DNA of 64,000 nucleotides from contig JAQGDQ010000503.1 in the NCBI GenBank assembly GCA_030141605.1, positions 4,878 to 68,877 on the forward strand, written 5' to 3'. Under the pieces are notes generated by a model. It searched no databases and was not told where the DNA came from. It saw nothing but the letters and a program-made list of their open reading frames with translations. This stretch comes from Tubiluchus corallicola (taxonomy: Eukaryota > Animalia > Priapulida). Position numbers and translations under genes: made by a program. This document shows, piece by piece, positions 25,900 through 37,901 of this stretch (positions are counted from its first letter, which is position 1; each line of letters starts with the position of its first letter).

Positions 25900-27170
25900 A
25901 GCAAGATTAGGTAAAGACTGTCTGTCAAAATTGTCTAATTTATCTTCTTGTTTGAAGTAATGTTGGTACACCTGCACTTTCTTACCTGCTCGTTTCATGC
26001 AAAACTTTTCCACTGGGTTCTAGCTATTTACTGGAATATTATTATATGATTAAATATAGCAGCGATTAAGACCTGAAAGATTGTAAACAGAAGGTTTTTT
26101 TAAATGGTGACAAAAATAGCTATACTTAATCAGTCCAGGTAACAGTTTAATGTAATTCGATTAAGTTATAAAAATAATAGTTCAGAAGATCACGACTATT
26201 AATTAAAATAATTGTTAACAATTTAGGCCTTTTAAGCAACTAAGCAGTCGGTAGGTTGGTATACAGGTTGTTTGGCGGGTATTTAGGCAAAGTAGTTGGG
26301 CAAGCACGTACATAGGCAGGTAGAAAGGCAGGTAGATAGATAATTGAAAAGGTACAGTAATTATGGTCATAGATATAATAAAGTCTTTTATTGTTTATTA
26401 AACGATATTGTTCAATTGTTGTTTTTATTATTTAATTAAAAATCGAAAAAATAGTTCTTTTTTTAATTCTCTCTTTCCACCCAAAAGTACCCAGGTTTCA
26501 GTTTAAATATGAAATCTTCTTTTTGTAACAATTTTTATTCTTTAATAACTCTCATAAAAATGATCTATTTTTCCAAAGCTATTATTTTACAAGTGAAATT
26601 CCCCACTTTATCAAGTGTCAGGTTACTTGTGTAAGATCACAGGTCCATAAGCTAATAAACAACTTATAATTTCAGCTCAAGGTAACGCAGGTACATCTGT
26701 ACTTTTTCATGTGCTCGTTTCATGCAAAACTTTTCCATTAGTTCAAGACACGTACCCAGTCATTTGTTTAATATTATGTTGTCAAAAAATGTTGATTAAG
26801 CCCAGAAGGCCAGTAAAAGGAGAGCTTGTTTACCCTTTAGTCAGAAAGTAACTATATTCAGGTAATGCATGAATCAGTATAACCCAATTCCATTAAATAA
26901 AAAAATATTAACTAGTAACTAAAAAGAATTATTTTAGGCCTACTAAACGTGAAAGTAGCAAAACTTAAGTAGGCAAGCAGGCAAGCAGTAAGACAGGTAA
27001 GTAGGTAGCTGGCAAGGCAGGTAGGCACGCCGGTAGACAGGGATGTAGGTAGGTAGGCATGTAGCAAGGTAGGTAGACAGGCAGGCAGCAAGGTAGGTAG
27101 GAAAGTAGTTGGGTGGACGTGTAGATATGTTTGGCCTTAGGTAAGTAAGTAGGTGAGTGAGTGAGTAAAC
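25900..27170. repeat. Two diverged tandem copies of a unit (core gctcgtttcatgcaaaacttttcca plus AGGT/AGGC tract); third copy at 33700-34365
   Basis: Core motif at about 25988, 26713 and 33970, each followed by similar flanks and a purine-rich microsatellite. Confidence 0.85.
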
Positions 27171-28059
27171 TTATTCACATAATTAAAATGTGTCTAACAA
27201 AGAAAAATAAACGCAATGATTATTTAATTATTTAAAAATTTAATTTACAATGATTCACTTTGAAAATGGCATTTTTAACAGAAGACACTGATTGTAGCAA
27301 ACAGCAGGATATCCTATATGTTCACTGCAGCAAATAAATGAATCATTTCCAGTAAAATTTTTGGCCCTTCTTTAAATATTTAAAAATTTACTGTAAATAG
27401 TAATACCTGGCAAGATTAGTTTCACTAATGATTAAAATATTCATTATAAATTTGAATATTGCTTTATATTTTTTGCTGCAATAGAATTAGGAATATCAGC
27501 AATACAATAAAAATTCAACAATTATCTTTATATGGTCTGTGACTTTTCTGCTGATGTGAAACACAGGTATTACATGTATTAAATGATTACAAATTTGGTA
27601 CTGTACTATTAAGGAAAATATCGACTATCCAATCATGCTATTTGTTTAGTCATTTATAGATGATTTAATAAAACAAAATTAAAAAAATACGCTCTTTTCA
27701 GGCACTCCAACTTAGCCTATTGAGTAGCTTAGTCTGGTGTACACTTGCGTGATCGTACAAACAAGTCTTGTTTACTGATTGCCAGCCAGAGGCAGTGTTC
27801 TGCTGCTATTCCAGAAAAAAATAACCAATGAGCCAAGGACAAATTAAGGCCGTCTAACTTTTAACAGGGATTTCTCCTTGGAAATAAAGTAGACTTGTGG
27901 CCAAAGTCTTATCAAAGGTTCCAGCTGGACACATGAAATTTTCTGCATTAGCCAATGTCACCCAAGATTGTACAATTATTAAAGTGCAAACACTGCAGTT
28001 ACTGAAAGCTTTTTATTTTTCGAAAATTGATTTTTAATTTGTTTTGTGCTCTAAACACT

Positions 28060-28756
28060 GCAATACATTGTACTGATCCCCCAATGCTCTACACTGTGCA
28101 ATTACATGAAATTACACTGCATTACATTGTATTTTCCCAACCAATGCTCTACACAGCGAAATTACGTGAGATTACACAGCATCATATTGTACTGGTTCAT
28201 ACTAATGCTCTAGGCAATGTAAATACGTGAAATTACACTGCATTACAGTGCACTGCTTCATGCCATTGCTTTACACACAATGCAATTACATGAGATTACA
28301 CTGCATTATATTTTACTGATTGATACTAACGCTCTACATAGTGTAATTACAACAGATTATATTGCAATCCATTGTACTGATTCATACCAATGCTTCACAC
28401 AATGCAATTTTGCACGCTAGTAGAAAAACGACTGAGAATAGCCGCCTATCGTGATTCTGGCGAACTAATTTTCCTAACACGTTTTTAATTTATTCACACA
28501 GTGGTACAGAAATGCTCTATTATAAACATGAAAAGCTTAGCTTGTTGGGAGGATAAAGACTGAGCAGAGCCACCTATTGGTGATTTGGCAAACTAATCTT
28601 CCTAACACGTTTTTATTTTATTCACACAGTGCTACAGAAATGCTCTGTTATAAACATGAAAAGCTTAGCTTGTTAGTAGGATAAAGACTGAGAAGAGCCA
28701 CCTTTTGGTGATTTGGCAAACTAATCTTCCTAACACGTTTTTATTCACACAGTGGT
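28060..28756. repeat. Degenerate tandem repeat of about 55-60 bp (28060-28410) followed by a unit of about 125 bp x2.5-3 (28415-28756)
   Basis: Recurrent tgcaattacatgaaattacactgcatt and gcaaactaatcttcctaacacgttttt motifs. Confidence 0.8.
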
Positions 28757-28789
28757 AGAGAGAAGGGAAGAAAGAAACAGAGAAAGGGA

Positions 28790-29051
<262 letters not shown>

Positions 29052-30311
29052 CAAAAGAATGCTTATCACGTTTTTCGTACTAAAGCAACATTCTAGGTGT
29101 TTTTCCTTTTATTTCTTTTTGTGGGCGACAGAGAGCAGCAGCTTCCAATCTCAAAACGAGTGTCATGTGTTGTGCATGAGGTGGCAACAGTAATTTACCA
29201 GAAGTCAATGTATTCACACAGCAAAAGTGATTATGAAATGTGTGAAATACAGAGAGGAATAGAGTAAAATAAACTTGTGAATCTGACAGATTATTGAACT
29301 TTAACTTTAGAAATTTTTTTGAGAATTTCATCTTTTTAAGAGACGATTATAAGTGTTACATTCATTAAATTGCTTTCTTTACTTTTATGCTTAATGATGA
29401 AATAAATATTTCAATTAAATTCTCTACTTCAAATATGACTAATGGTAGAAACGTCTAAAAAATCAGACATTAAGCTGGATTTGAAGCAAAGACCTCGAAA
29501 TACAAACTCAAATTATTTAATCAGTAAACTACGCTTGTTTCTTGTGACTAAAGCAGATTTTTAATTTCTCTAGTGTTATAGTTTGCTATATATTGCTATA
29601 TTACAGTGTTATAATATTAAACCAGGTTTTATCCTGGTCACAAGTAACTGAGTGGTCTAAGTGTTTACGTGATCGTAACTCAAACATTCAATAAAGTGAG
29701 AGTGTTTTCTGTAATTCATCAATTATAAACTCGTTCCATTTATGAATTTACAACTTATTTACGTAAGTGTGGAGTAGATTCACATTGTAGTTTCACGAGA
29801 TAAAACAAGAAGAAACTATATAAAAGCAAACAACACTAATTTAGTACCTGCTACAATAAATTTAATAATTGTTTAATGTCGTCATTATTACATTGTTATT
29901 TTATTGTTACAAAAACAACATAAGAAATTAATCACCATGCATATTCGTAAAATATTTACAATGTAATACAATTAAAATTTTTTCTAAATTCTCAATTTTG
30001 TTCATTACTCTAAACATCAATCTAAATTTTACATTAGACTGAGAACTTTTTACACATTAATTGTAATGTAATAGTGTTCAGTGCCATCAGACTCTCTATA
30101 TGCTGTCCACTATATTCTAACATTATTTAAAATCAGCAGTACCGGAGATCTACCCCAGCAGTATAAGAAATCTACCTCAGCAATACCGGAAATCTGCCCC
30201 AGCAGTACCGGAAATCTACCCCAGCAGTACAAGAAATCTACTTCAGCAGAAACAGTTGTAATCCTACCGTCTCATAACACATAACAGTGAAGCCATAACT
30301 TATTCAATTAT

Positions 30312-31523
30312 TTACAATGATTCTTCTGAACTTTCTAGTGTTGAATCAGCATCAACAGCGAGTAAGCGCTGAACTAAATACACGTGCCCATTATCAGATG
30401 CCAACATGACAGCAGTCCGTCCATCGTTGTTACTGATGTTGATATCAGCTCCCCTATCTAGTAAGAGCTGAACTACATTCAAGTACCCTTCAATAGATGC
30501 CAACATGAGAGCAGTCTCTCCATAGTTGTCACTGATGTTAGTATCAGATCCACTGTCTAGTAAGAGCTGAACTATATTCACGTTCCCATTAATAGATGCC
30601 GACATGAGAGCAGTCTCCTCATCGTTGTCACTGATGTTAATATCAGCTCCACTGTCAAGTAAGAGCTGAACTACATTCAAGTGCCCATTAAAAGATGCCA
30701 ACATGAGAGCAGTCCGTCCATCGTAGTCACTGATGTTAATATCAGCTCCACTGTCTAGTAAGAGCTGAACTACATTCAGGTACCCATGAGTAGATGCCAA
30801 CATGAGAGCAGTCCGTCCATCGTAGTCACTGATGTTAATATCAGCTCCACTGTTTAGTAAGAGCTGAACTACATTCAGGTACCCATGAGTAGATGCCAAC
30901 ATGAGAGCAGTCCGTCCATCGTTGTCACTGATGTTAATATCGGCTCCACTATGTAGTAAGAGCTGAACTACATTTACGTGGCCATCAATAGATGCCAACA
31001 TGAGAGCAGTCTCCTCATCGTTGTTACTGATGTTAATATCAGCTCCACTGTCTAGTAAGAGCTGAACTACATTCACGTGTGCATTAACAGATGCCCACAT
31101 GAGAGCAGTCTCTCCATAGTGGCTACTGATGTTAATATCAGCTCCACTATCTAGTAAGAGCTGAACTACATTCAAGTGCCCATTAACAGATGCCCGGATG
31201 AGAGCAGTCTCTCCATCGCTGTTGCTGATGTTGATATCAGCTCCACTATCTAGTAAGAGCTGAACTACATTCACGTGCCCATTTCTAGCTGCCCGCATGA
31301 AAGCAGCCTCTCCATAGTTGCTACTGATGTTAATATCAGCTCCACTGTCTAGTAAGAGCTGAACTACATTCACGTGCTCATTTCTAGCTGCTTTCATGAG
31401 AGCAGTCTCTCCACACCAGTCATTTTCTTTGAAGTTGCAGTCAGCACCTTCAGTGAGCAACCGCTGGACTTCATGAATGTCTCCATCTTTAGCTGCTAGA
31501 AGTTGTCTAGATGCTTCAGTCAT
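30312..31523 (-). CDS. Stand-alone ankyrin-repeat protein B (403 aa; N-cap + 10 internal repeats + C-cap)
   Basis: Intact ORF paralogous to A; near-identical caps and identical last internal repeat, different internal repeats. Confidence 0.95.
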   Translation of the reverse strand: MTEASRQLLAAKDGDIHEVQRLLTEGADCNFKENDWCGETALMKAARNEHVNVVQLLLDSGADINISSNYGEAAFMRAARNGHVNVVQLLLDSGADINISNSDGETALIRASVNGHLNVVQLLLDSGADINISSHYGETALMWASVNAHVNVVQLLLDSGADINISNNDEETALMLASIDGHVNVVQLLLHSGADINISDNDGRTALMLASTHGYLNVVQLLLNSGADINISDYDGRTALMLASTHGYLNVVQLLLDSGADINISDYDGRTALMLASFNGHLNVVQLLLDSGADINISDNDEETALMSASINGNVNIVQLLLDSGSDTNISDNYGETALMLASIEGYLNVVQLLLDRGADINISNNDGRTAVMLASDNGHVYLVQRLLAVDADSTLESSEESL

Positions 31524-31752
31524 GCCTGCTCTTTTAGAACGAAGCGTTTCTAAATCTATCTAGTTCTCAGATCAGAATCGCCCTAGTGCAGCATTCCTAC
31601 AGGATAAACCTGACAGCGCCACCTATAGATAATAGGAAAAACAATTATTTTAATTTGAAAGACATTGTTTTAATGTGCTTTATTTTATAGAGTGGGTGTT
31701 TATCATTTTAATCATTTTGAAATCATTGTTTAGGAAATTGATTCAAATCAAA

Positions 31753-33430
31753 CATACATACACATACATATACATACACATAAATATGCATACCTAGCAG
31801 AAAAAGAAAAATAACTAAAGTTGTAGGGCTAACAGGCAATTGGGGTATAGACATAACATAAAATACAATCTCACAAGTAGCAGTGCAATAATATATATAA
31901 AGATGGCATTGTTACTATTTCTATTTTTACTATCTCTATGGCAAAATTAATGGTTAGTATCACTGTAAGTTAGTGTTAAGATCTTCAGCATATATAATAA
32001 TTGAGTTTTTTCAATTCATATTTATATACGGTTTGGTGAGTTCAAATTGAGTGTAATATTAGTTTAAGTTTTAGTTATGTAAACAATTCCAAGACTAGGT
32101 ATAAAGAGAAATAAGTATGTTTTTGAAGTTTGACACAAGGTAATTAAGAGATTTGTTTTTGAACTTCTGAGGAATAGGGTTCAAAATTCGTGGGCCTTGA
32201 TACTTGAGTGAACGTTGAGCTTTGGTTGTATTGCATCTTTTGACAATGTAGGTATTACTTTATGCAAACCGCGTTTGGTGGTTACGCAAAGCTGAAGGTT
32301 CACTCAAGTATCCATTAATTAGTTTAGGTAGCTTGTGATTCATGAATTTGAAAACAAATTTAGCCATTTCTAAGTTATAAATGTCAGCTATTTTTAAAAT
32401 TCTTAGTGTTGCATGGTCCCTGAAACCAGCAAAACAGACAGCTTTTACAATCTTGTTTTGAGGTACAGCAACATTGTGTGTCAGTTTTGTTGGCTGATCC
32501 CCATGTAAGTATTCCGTATTGTAAGTAGGGAAAAACTAGTCCGTAATATATTAATTTCAAAGTTTGCGTATGTAGGTAGAGCCGATGTTTAAAAAGTAAT
32601 CCTGTTATTTTACTAATTTTACATGTTATATGTTTTATATGTGTACTCCAGTTAAGCTTGCTATCGGTAAAGACACCCAGATATTTTATATAGTTGGACC
32701 GGCTAATAATTACATTATTAATATTAATTTGGAAGTTATTCACATCTGGATTAGGTTTTTGACTTGAATAGAGAATAAACTTAGTTTTTTGATAGTTTAA
32801 TGTTAGTTTATTTGCTTTTAACCAGGTATCAATTTTATTTAATTGTTGGTTGACAGTATTTTGTAGATTATGGATATCAGGTCCATCCATAAATGGCTTA
32901 GTATCATCCACAAACATTCGTGTATCAAGGTTAGTACAATCGACAGGGTCGGCTACTGCTTGGTCATCTGTCCCAATTAGACGTGCATCACCTTTCTGTC
33001 TAGTAGATTGACAGTAACTTTCAGAAACAAAAGTGGTAGATCTAGTTATTGCATTAGTGGGTGTTGATTTAGTATATGTCTCAGTACCTTGAGTTTCAAC
33101 ATTTGAAACCCTTGATGCTTTATCCATTTTAGAGCTTTCTTTAGATTTTTTGCTACCACTCAGATTAGCAGTACACTTTTTATTGCTTAGACAATCACTT
33201 GCTGATGATTTGGAACTTCTTAATCTTATTAGAGGTAGCTATGAGGCATTAGCTTACTGTTACATAAGTTTATTAGCGTCTGTTTACTACCGTTCGCTAG
33301 GTTCAGCTCAGCTTCATAAATTGTTTGGCGTGGAAAACTTCGAGGCTTTACACCGATAGTAATGGCGGCTGGAACTACACTCCAGGTTACGGCATACAGC
33401 AGTGTCAAGGCCACGACAAGGCCAGACATC
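31753..33430 (-). mobile_element. Internally deleted CR1/L2-group LINE (5' region fused to RT C-terminus)
   Basis: MFVDDT (YADD-like), WLKANKLTLNYQKTK, KYLGV, YLQYGILTWG motifs; frameshifted C-terminus; (TATG)n tail at about 31753-31795. Confidence 0.88.
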
Positions 33431-33699
33431 TTCTTCGTCTCAGAACTGAACTAAACTTTTTGTGCGCACTGTTACTTTATTACTGATTCGAAATTCATCA
33501 TCTTTGATACTGTATTCACATTTGCTTAGAATTAGATACGACTCGAATTCGAAAGCCGGAGTTCGATTCGATTTCTGGTAGTCTCTGGTCATCGCAACTC
33601 ATTTTCTGAGCAAATTATATCAAACTCAAACAAAATCAAAAACAAACTACATGAAAAAAAGATTTTCTGTTTGATTTTTTACTGTAACTGCTGATTATT

Positions 33700-34365
33700 T
33701 AATTAATTTTAACAAATAGTTTATTTTTAATCCTTCTTCCTTCCTTCCACCAGATGGTGCCTGTTTTGTGTTGAAATGTTACATCTTCTTTTTGTGAGAT
33801 TTTTTATTCATAAATCACTCTCATAAACACGATCTTATTTTCATAATGTCCAAATTACCTAAGTGTCAGGTTATTTGTTGACAAACATTACTCATGATTA
33901 CTGGTCTGACAAGTAAATAAGCAGCTTATATAGGTAGCACAAGGTAACGTAGGTACATCTTTCTCACGTGCTCATTTCATGCAAAACTTTTCCATCAGTT
34001 CCAGCTATGTACCCAACTATTTGAATAATATGTAAATAAAACAGCCATTAAATCCAGAAAGCCAGTAAACCGGAAGCTTATCTACATTCTAGAAAATAAC
34101 TATAACCACTCAGTGCATGTATCAGTATTAAATAATTCGAGGGTTTATTATGAAAATAATATTTTGCTATATGATAACTATTAATTTCAAAATCATAAGA
34201 ATTGACAACTTTGACTAATTAAGCAAGCAGTAATTAAAAAGTAAGTAGGTAGGCAGACAGGTAGGTAGCTAGGTAGGTAGGCAGGCACTCAGGCAGGTAG
34301 GTAGGTAGGTAGGTTGGTAGGCAGGCAGACAGGTAGGCAGACAGGCAGGTAGGTAGGTAGGTACT
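33700..34365. repeat. Third copy of the upstream unit, homologous to 26440-27170
   Basis: Shared actctcataaa..gatct.attttt, aagtgtcaggtta, aaggtaacg.aggtacatct and catgcaaaacttttcca motifs. Confidence 0.85.
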
Positions 34366-34869
34366 AGAGTGTAACATTATCTAATAGGCCCGAAAAGCTA
34401 TATTGAGCAGAGCGAAAATTCAAATTCAGCCAGAAGTCACTTTTGACATTTGTCAAAATTTCGAAATAATAGATGCCATAATCTTGTGGGTGTGTCTTTT
34501 CCTTAAATTTTAAGATAAAGATTAAGAAATTAACTTCTGCACAAATTTGTTTGTAGAAAAACAAAATACAACTCAGGTAGGTAGGTCAGTTTCAACACTT
34601 AGGATTACCTGCTGATCCATATTATTGTCTAGCTGTATTAACAATCTTTTTTCAGAACGTGGACACTGTGGATCTACCTGAACTGCTTTATTCTTCTGCT
34701 AATGTGGGCTGAGAAACGTTTAACTCTCTTCTACAGTTTTCTACTTTAAATCAAGTCCTGATCAGTATGACTTAGATAATTATAGATCACATTATGATAA
34801 TAAATATTACAAGATTCAAACTTTATTAGAAGATCCTAAATTTAGTACAACACCTAAAGACATAAGTTT

Positions 34870-35262
34870 CGTCCATTTTAACAATAACAGTTATTTCTCC
34901 GACACCCTTGACCTTCTACCTCTCTTTCAACAAAAACCAGTGCTTTGTTATTGCAGTAACAGAGACATGCCTCAAAGACAATGTCCATTTTTTGTGTAAT
35001 TTGCCTAATTATTCATTCGTAAAATATTAATTCTAAAACTGCTGCTGGGGGAATTGGCTTGTATATCCATGAAAACTTTTCCTTCAATCGAATCCATGAA
35101 TTTAAAATAAACTGTTCGAAAAATTTTCCAAACTCATTACCAGTCTGCTCTAGCTCAATTCAGGTGGATCATTAATGGGTGGAACTGATTCCTGCGAATA
35201 ATAGCTTTGAAAAACCTATTATATTCGGTGTTATATATCGCCATCCCAATAATTCAATCAAC
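34870..35262 (+). mobile_element. Degenerate LINE APE-endonuclease fragment
   Basis: VIAVTET, AGGIGLYIH and WVEL..GVIYRHP motifs across frameshifts. Confidence 0.85.
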
Positions 35263-35282
35263 ATATATATATTGTTATATAT

Positions 35283-35377
35283 ATGGATGGATGGATGGAT
35301 TGATGGATGGATGGATGGATGGATGGATGGATGGATGGATGGATGGATGGATGGATGGATGGATGGATGGATGGATG

Positions 35378-35459
<82 letters not shown>

Positions 35460-35463
35460 GAGT

Positions 35464-35520
<57 letters not shown>
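35283..35520. repeat. Compound microsatellite (GGAT)n(AGAT)n(GA)n
   Basis: Visible. Confidence 0.97.
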
Positions 35521-35521
<1 letters not shown>

Positions 35522-35524
<3 letters not shown>

Positions 35525-36021
35525 TGGGGCCGTTTGTATGTAAGAAAGAACACCAGACTTTGCTAATGGTGTCAGTACTATATTAAATTTTAAAGTCAAA
35601 TACAACATGTAATTTCATCGGACCACAATCTGATTTAACACATCAGCTTGCCTGAACTGCTTGCTTGGTTTAGTACACAGACTAAGTCGTTTTGTGCTAC
35701 ATACGACGTCTACGAAATGTGTAAAAATATCCATGAAAAGTTCGATTCAACACAAATACTGTCCGTTTTACATTTTGTCAAAGTCATTTTGCTCGTTTTA
35801 TATTACTTACCAACTATACAAAACGTTGCAAATGATTTATTTCACACTTTTCCAGAAATGAATGAATATGAAACGTTTCGAAATTTTATAAAAATTTAAT
35901 GTCCAGATAACTGTCCACATAAAATGTAACATATATAATAATTATGTTTTAGGTGCGGGTAAAGATGTTACCTGATCAACAAAAAATATTTCCTATATAG
36001 CAGAAACAAAAGGTCCCAAGT
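35522..36021. mobile_element. Possible MITE
   Basis: Imperfect 16-bp TIR acttggggccgtttgt / acaaaaggtcccaagt. Confidence 0.4.
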
Positions 36022-36289
36022 TCAAAACTAGGTTTATCACAACTTTTTTAACTTTGCTACCAAATTCGAACTACTTGTGGTATACATATGAATTGCAATA
36101 TGGCCGAAATGAAGTTTCGCACAAGATTTCATTGAAAATGCGATTATATAATACTAATATAATGTATATTTGCGTTATTATATTATATTATATATATTAT
36201 ATTATGTATTATATATATATATATTGCATGCTTTCCAGTGAAATTTGAATGGCCGGGTTGTTTACACTAATGGTTTTTATTATACAGCT

Positions 36290-36595
36290 TCATTGATGGG
36301 CATTTGCATAGTTAGTTGTCAGGCATTCAAAATACTTCTTAAAGCAATGCCTAGAGAAGATGGCATTTTATATTCAAATGAGAGGATTTTCCACAATTTA
36401 GTCCCCGTTTGCTGTATTGTTTTGAGGCAGTGCATTGTTCTGTTTTGTTTTTGATAAAAACTTCTTCTTGATGCAGCTCTAGTGTTGTAGTCATGGTGGT
36501 TGCTAATTTTACTAAAGTAACTGTGAAACAGTCCTGCTAGCATACTATAGTTAGATACATACATAAACTTAACAGCAGTATAGTTTAAGGTCCGA
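36290..36595 (-). mobile_element. CR1-type LINE ORF2 3'-end fragment
   Basis: KFMY...YFSKISNHHDYNTR...GTKLW, typical post-RT C-terminus. Confidence 0.75.
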
Positions 36596-37149
36596 ACTTT
36601 CCAGAATGATGAAGAATCTGGCGTAGCAAAAAACCGAATAAAACTTTTGAGTTGAATAAGCGGTGCGCCGGCAAGTCTCCTAAAATCATACAACGCGTAC
36701 AACATGGCGTTCTGTGTACTACTGAATTTTTGTACATAAATCGTGTATATAAAAAATGTTTTTCTTCAACTAAAGAAAATATCTTGACTACTAAACGGGT
36801 AGGTTTTCCACGTACAATAAAACCTTTGACCAAGAAAAATTCTATTTCATAAAAAATGTTGATTTATTTTATACTGGTTTCAGTAAACAATCTCAACTGG
36901 ATATATCGTACACTTTAGGCTTTAATAAATGATTCACGATGATGATGACGATTTGGTGTACAATTATAAGGCCTCATTTAAGGATTCGATGTCTGACATA
37001 TATACAAAATTTGGCTGGAAATTTTCACTTTGCCAAAACATCCTAACATTGATCGACGTGACGATGAATTTTAAATTAAATTACGTTTTTTTGGAAATGT
37101 GGCTGGGTGTGAATGTCCATCTATAAACGACAGATTTCAATTTAACGAC

Positions 37150-37259
37150 ATGAAGCTGAAAGCAACACTCATTGAAATTACCACCAACATAACCAGGACA
37201 GCTTCAAAAAAAAGTATTGAAAATGTATACAAAACAGCTATTGAAGTTTGTGTTGAAAG
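37150..37259 (+). CDS. Candidate upstream coding exon of the zinc-finger gene (MKLKATLIEIT...VCVER)
   Basis: Open frame from ATG 37150 to ag|gtaatt donor in phase 2, matching the phase-2 acceptor at 37902. Confidence 0.4.
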
Positions 37260-37901
37260 GTAATTACATATAAGTTTTTTTAAATAAATTTTGAACGAAA
37301 GAACTAATTTTTGTTGTTAAAATTTTTACATCTAATCGTACATTGCAAGTCTTTGATGTTGCCGGATCCGATGCTTCTACGAGTTACTGTTATGGCAGAC
37401 ATATTTTAGTGCAGACTCTAAATATATCTTTACCTAGTTTAGTTTTTAAAGCTTTCTCAATTTTTATTAACGATTACTTATTTATTTAAAGGTGGTATAA
37501 ATACTTTTTGTAATTCCCACCTATGTCATGTGTCCAACCTGTAATTTGTCTGAAGTATGTATCTGGGATAAGAATTAATTATAAAACTAAGTATCTATAA
37601 TTTTTATTTCACGGTAAACTACTTCGTGACAATGTTCTAATTAGAGTATAGAATTTTTTATGAGCTAGCATAGCCCTGGTGTGTCTGCTGTGTTGAAATG
37701 TTTCTTAATATTCTTATAATCAGCAAAGTTCCAGACCTACAGTAGAGGTCAGAGAAAGACAAGAAATGATAATGATGATGATGCTAAAATAATTAACAAT
37801 ATATTTGTACACTACTTGTTGATTTAAGTTTAGTTACTGGAAGTTTTCTTATAATAGGGTAGATAAAGATCGGCTGATGTATTACTTTCCTTTTGAAACA
37901 G

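Larger units (their letters stand above)
17764..26072 (-). other. Series of candidate short exons upstream of ankyrin A (17764-17839, 18648-18739, 22221-22295, 22571-22639, 24642-24812, 25986-26072)
   Basis: Each is bounded by a pyrimidine-rich AG and GTAAG on the minus strand; several share a related 3' end. Confidence 0.45.

Noticed and set aside
30312-33127. Diversity-generating retroelement (variable gene next to an RT)
   Set aside because: The RT is a broken CR1/L2-type LINE C-terminal fragment, present beside only one paralog; no template repeat seen
35179-35608. WMDG / IHPS / IYLS ORFs
   Set aside because: Compound microsatellite following a LINE fragment
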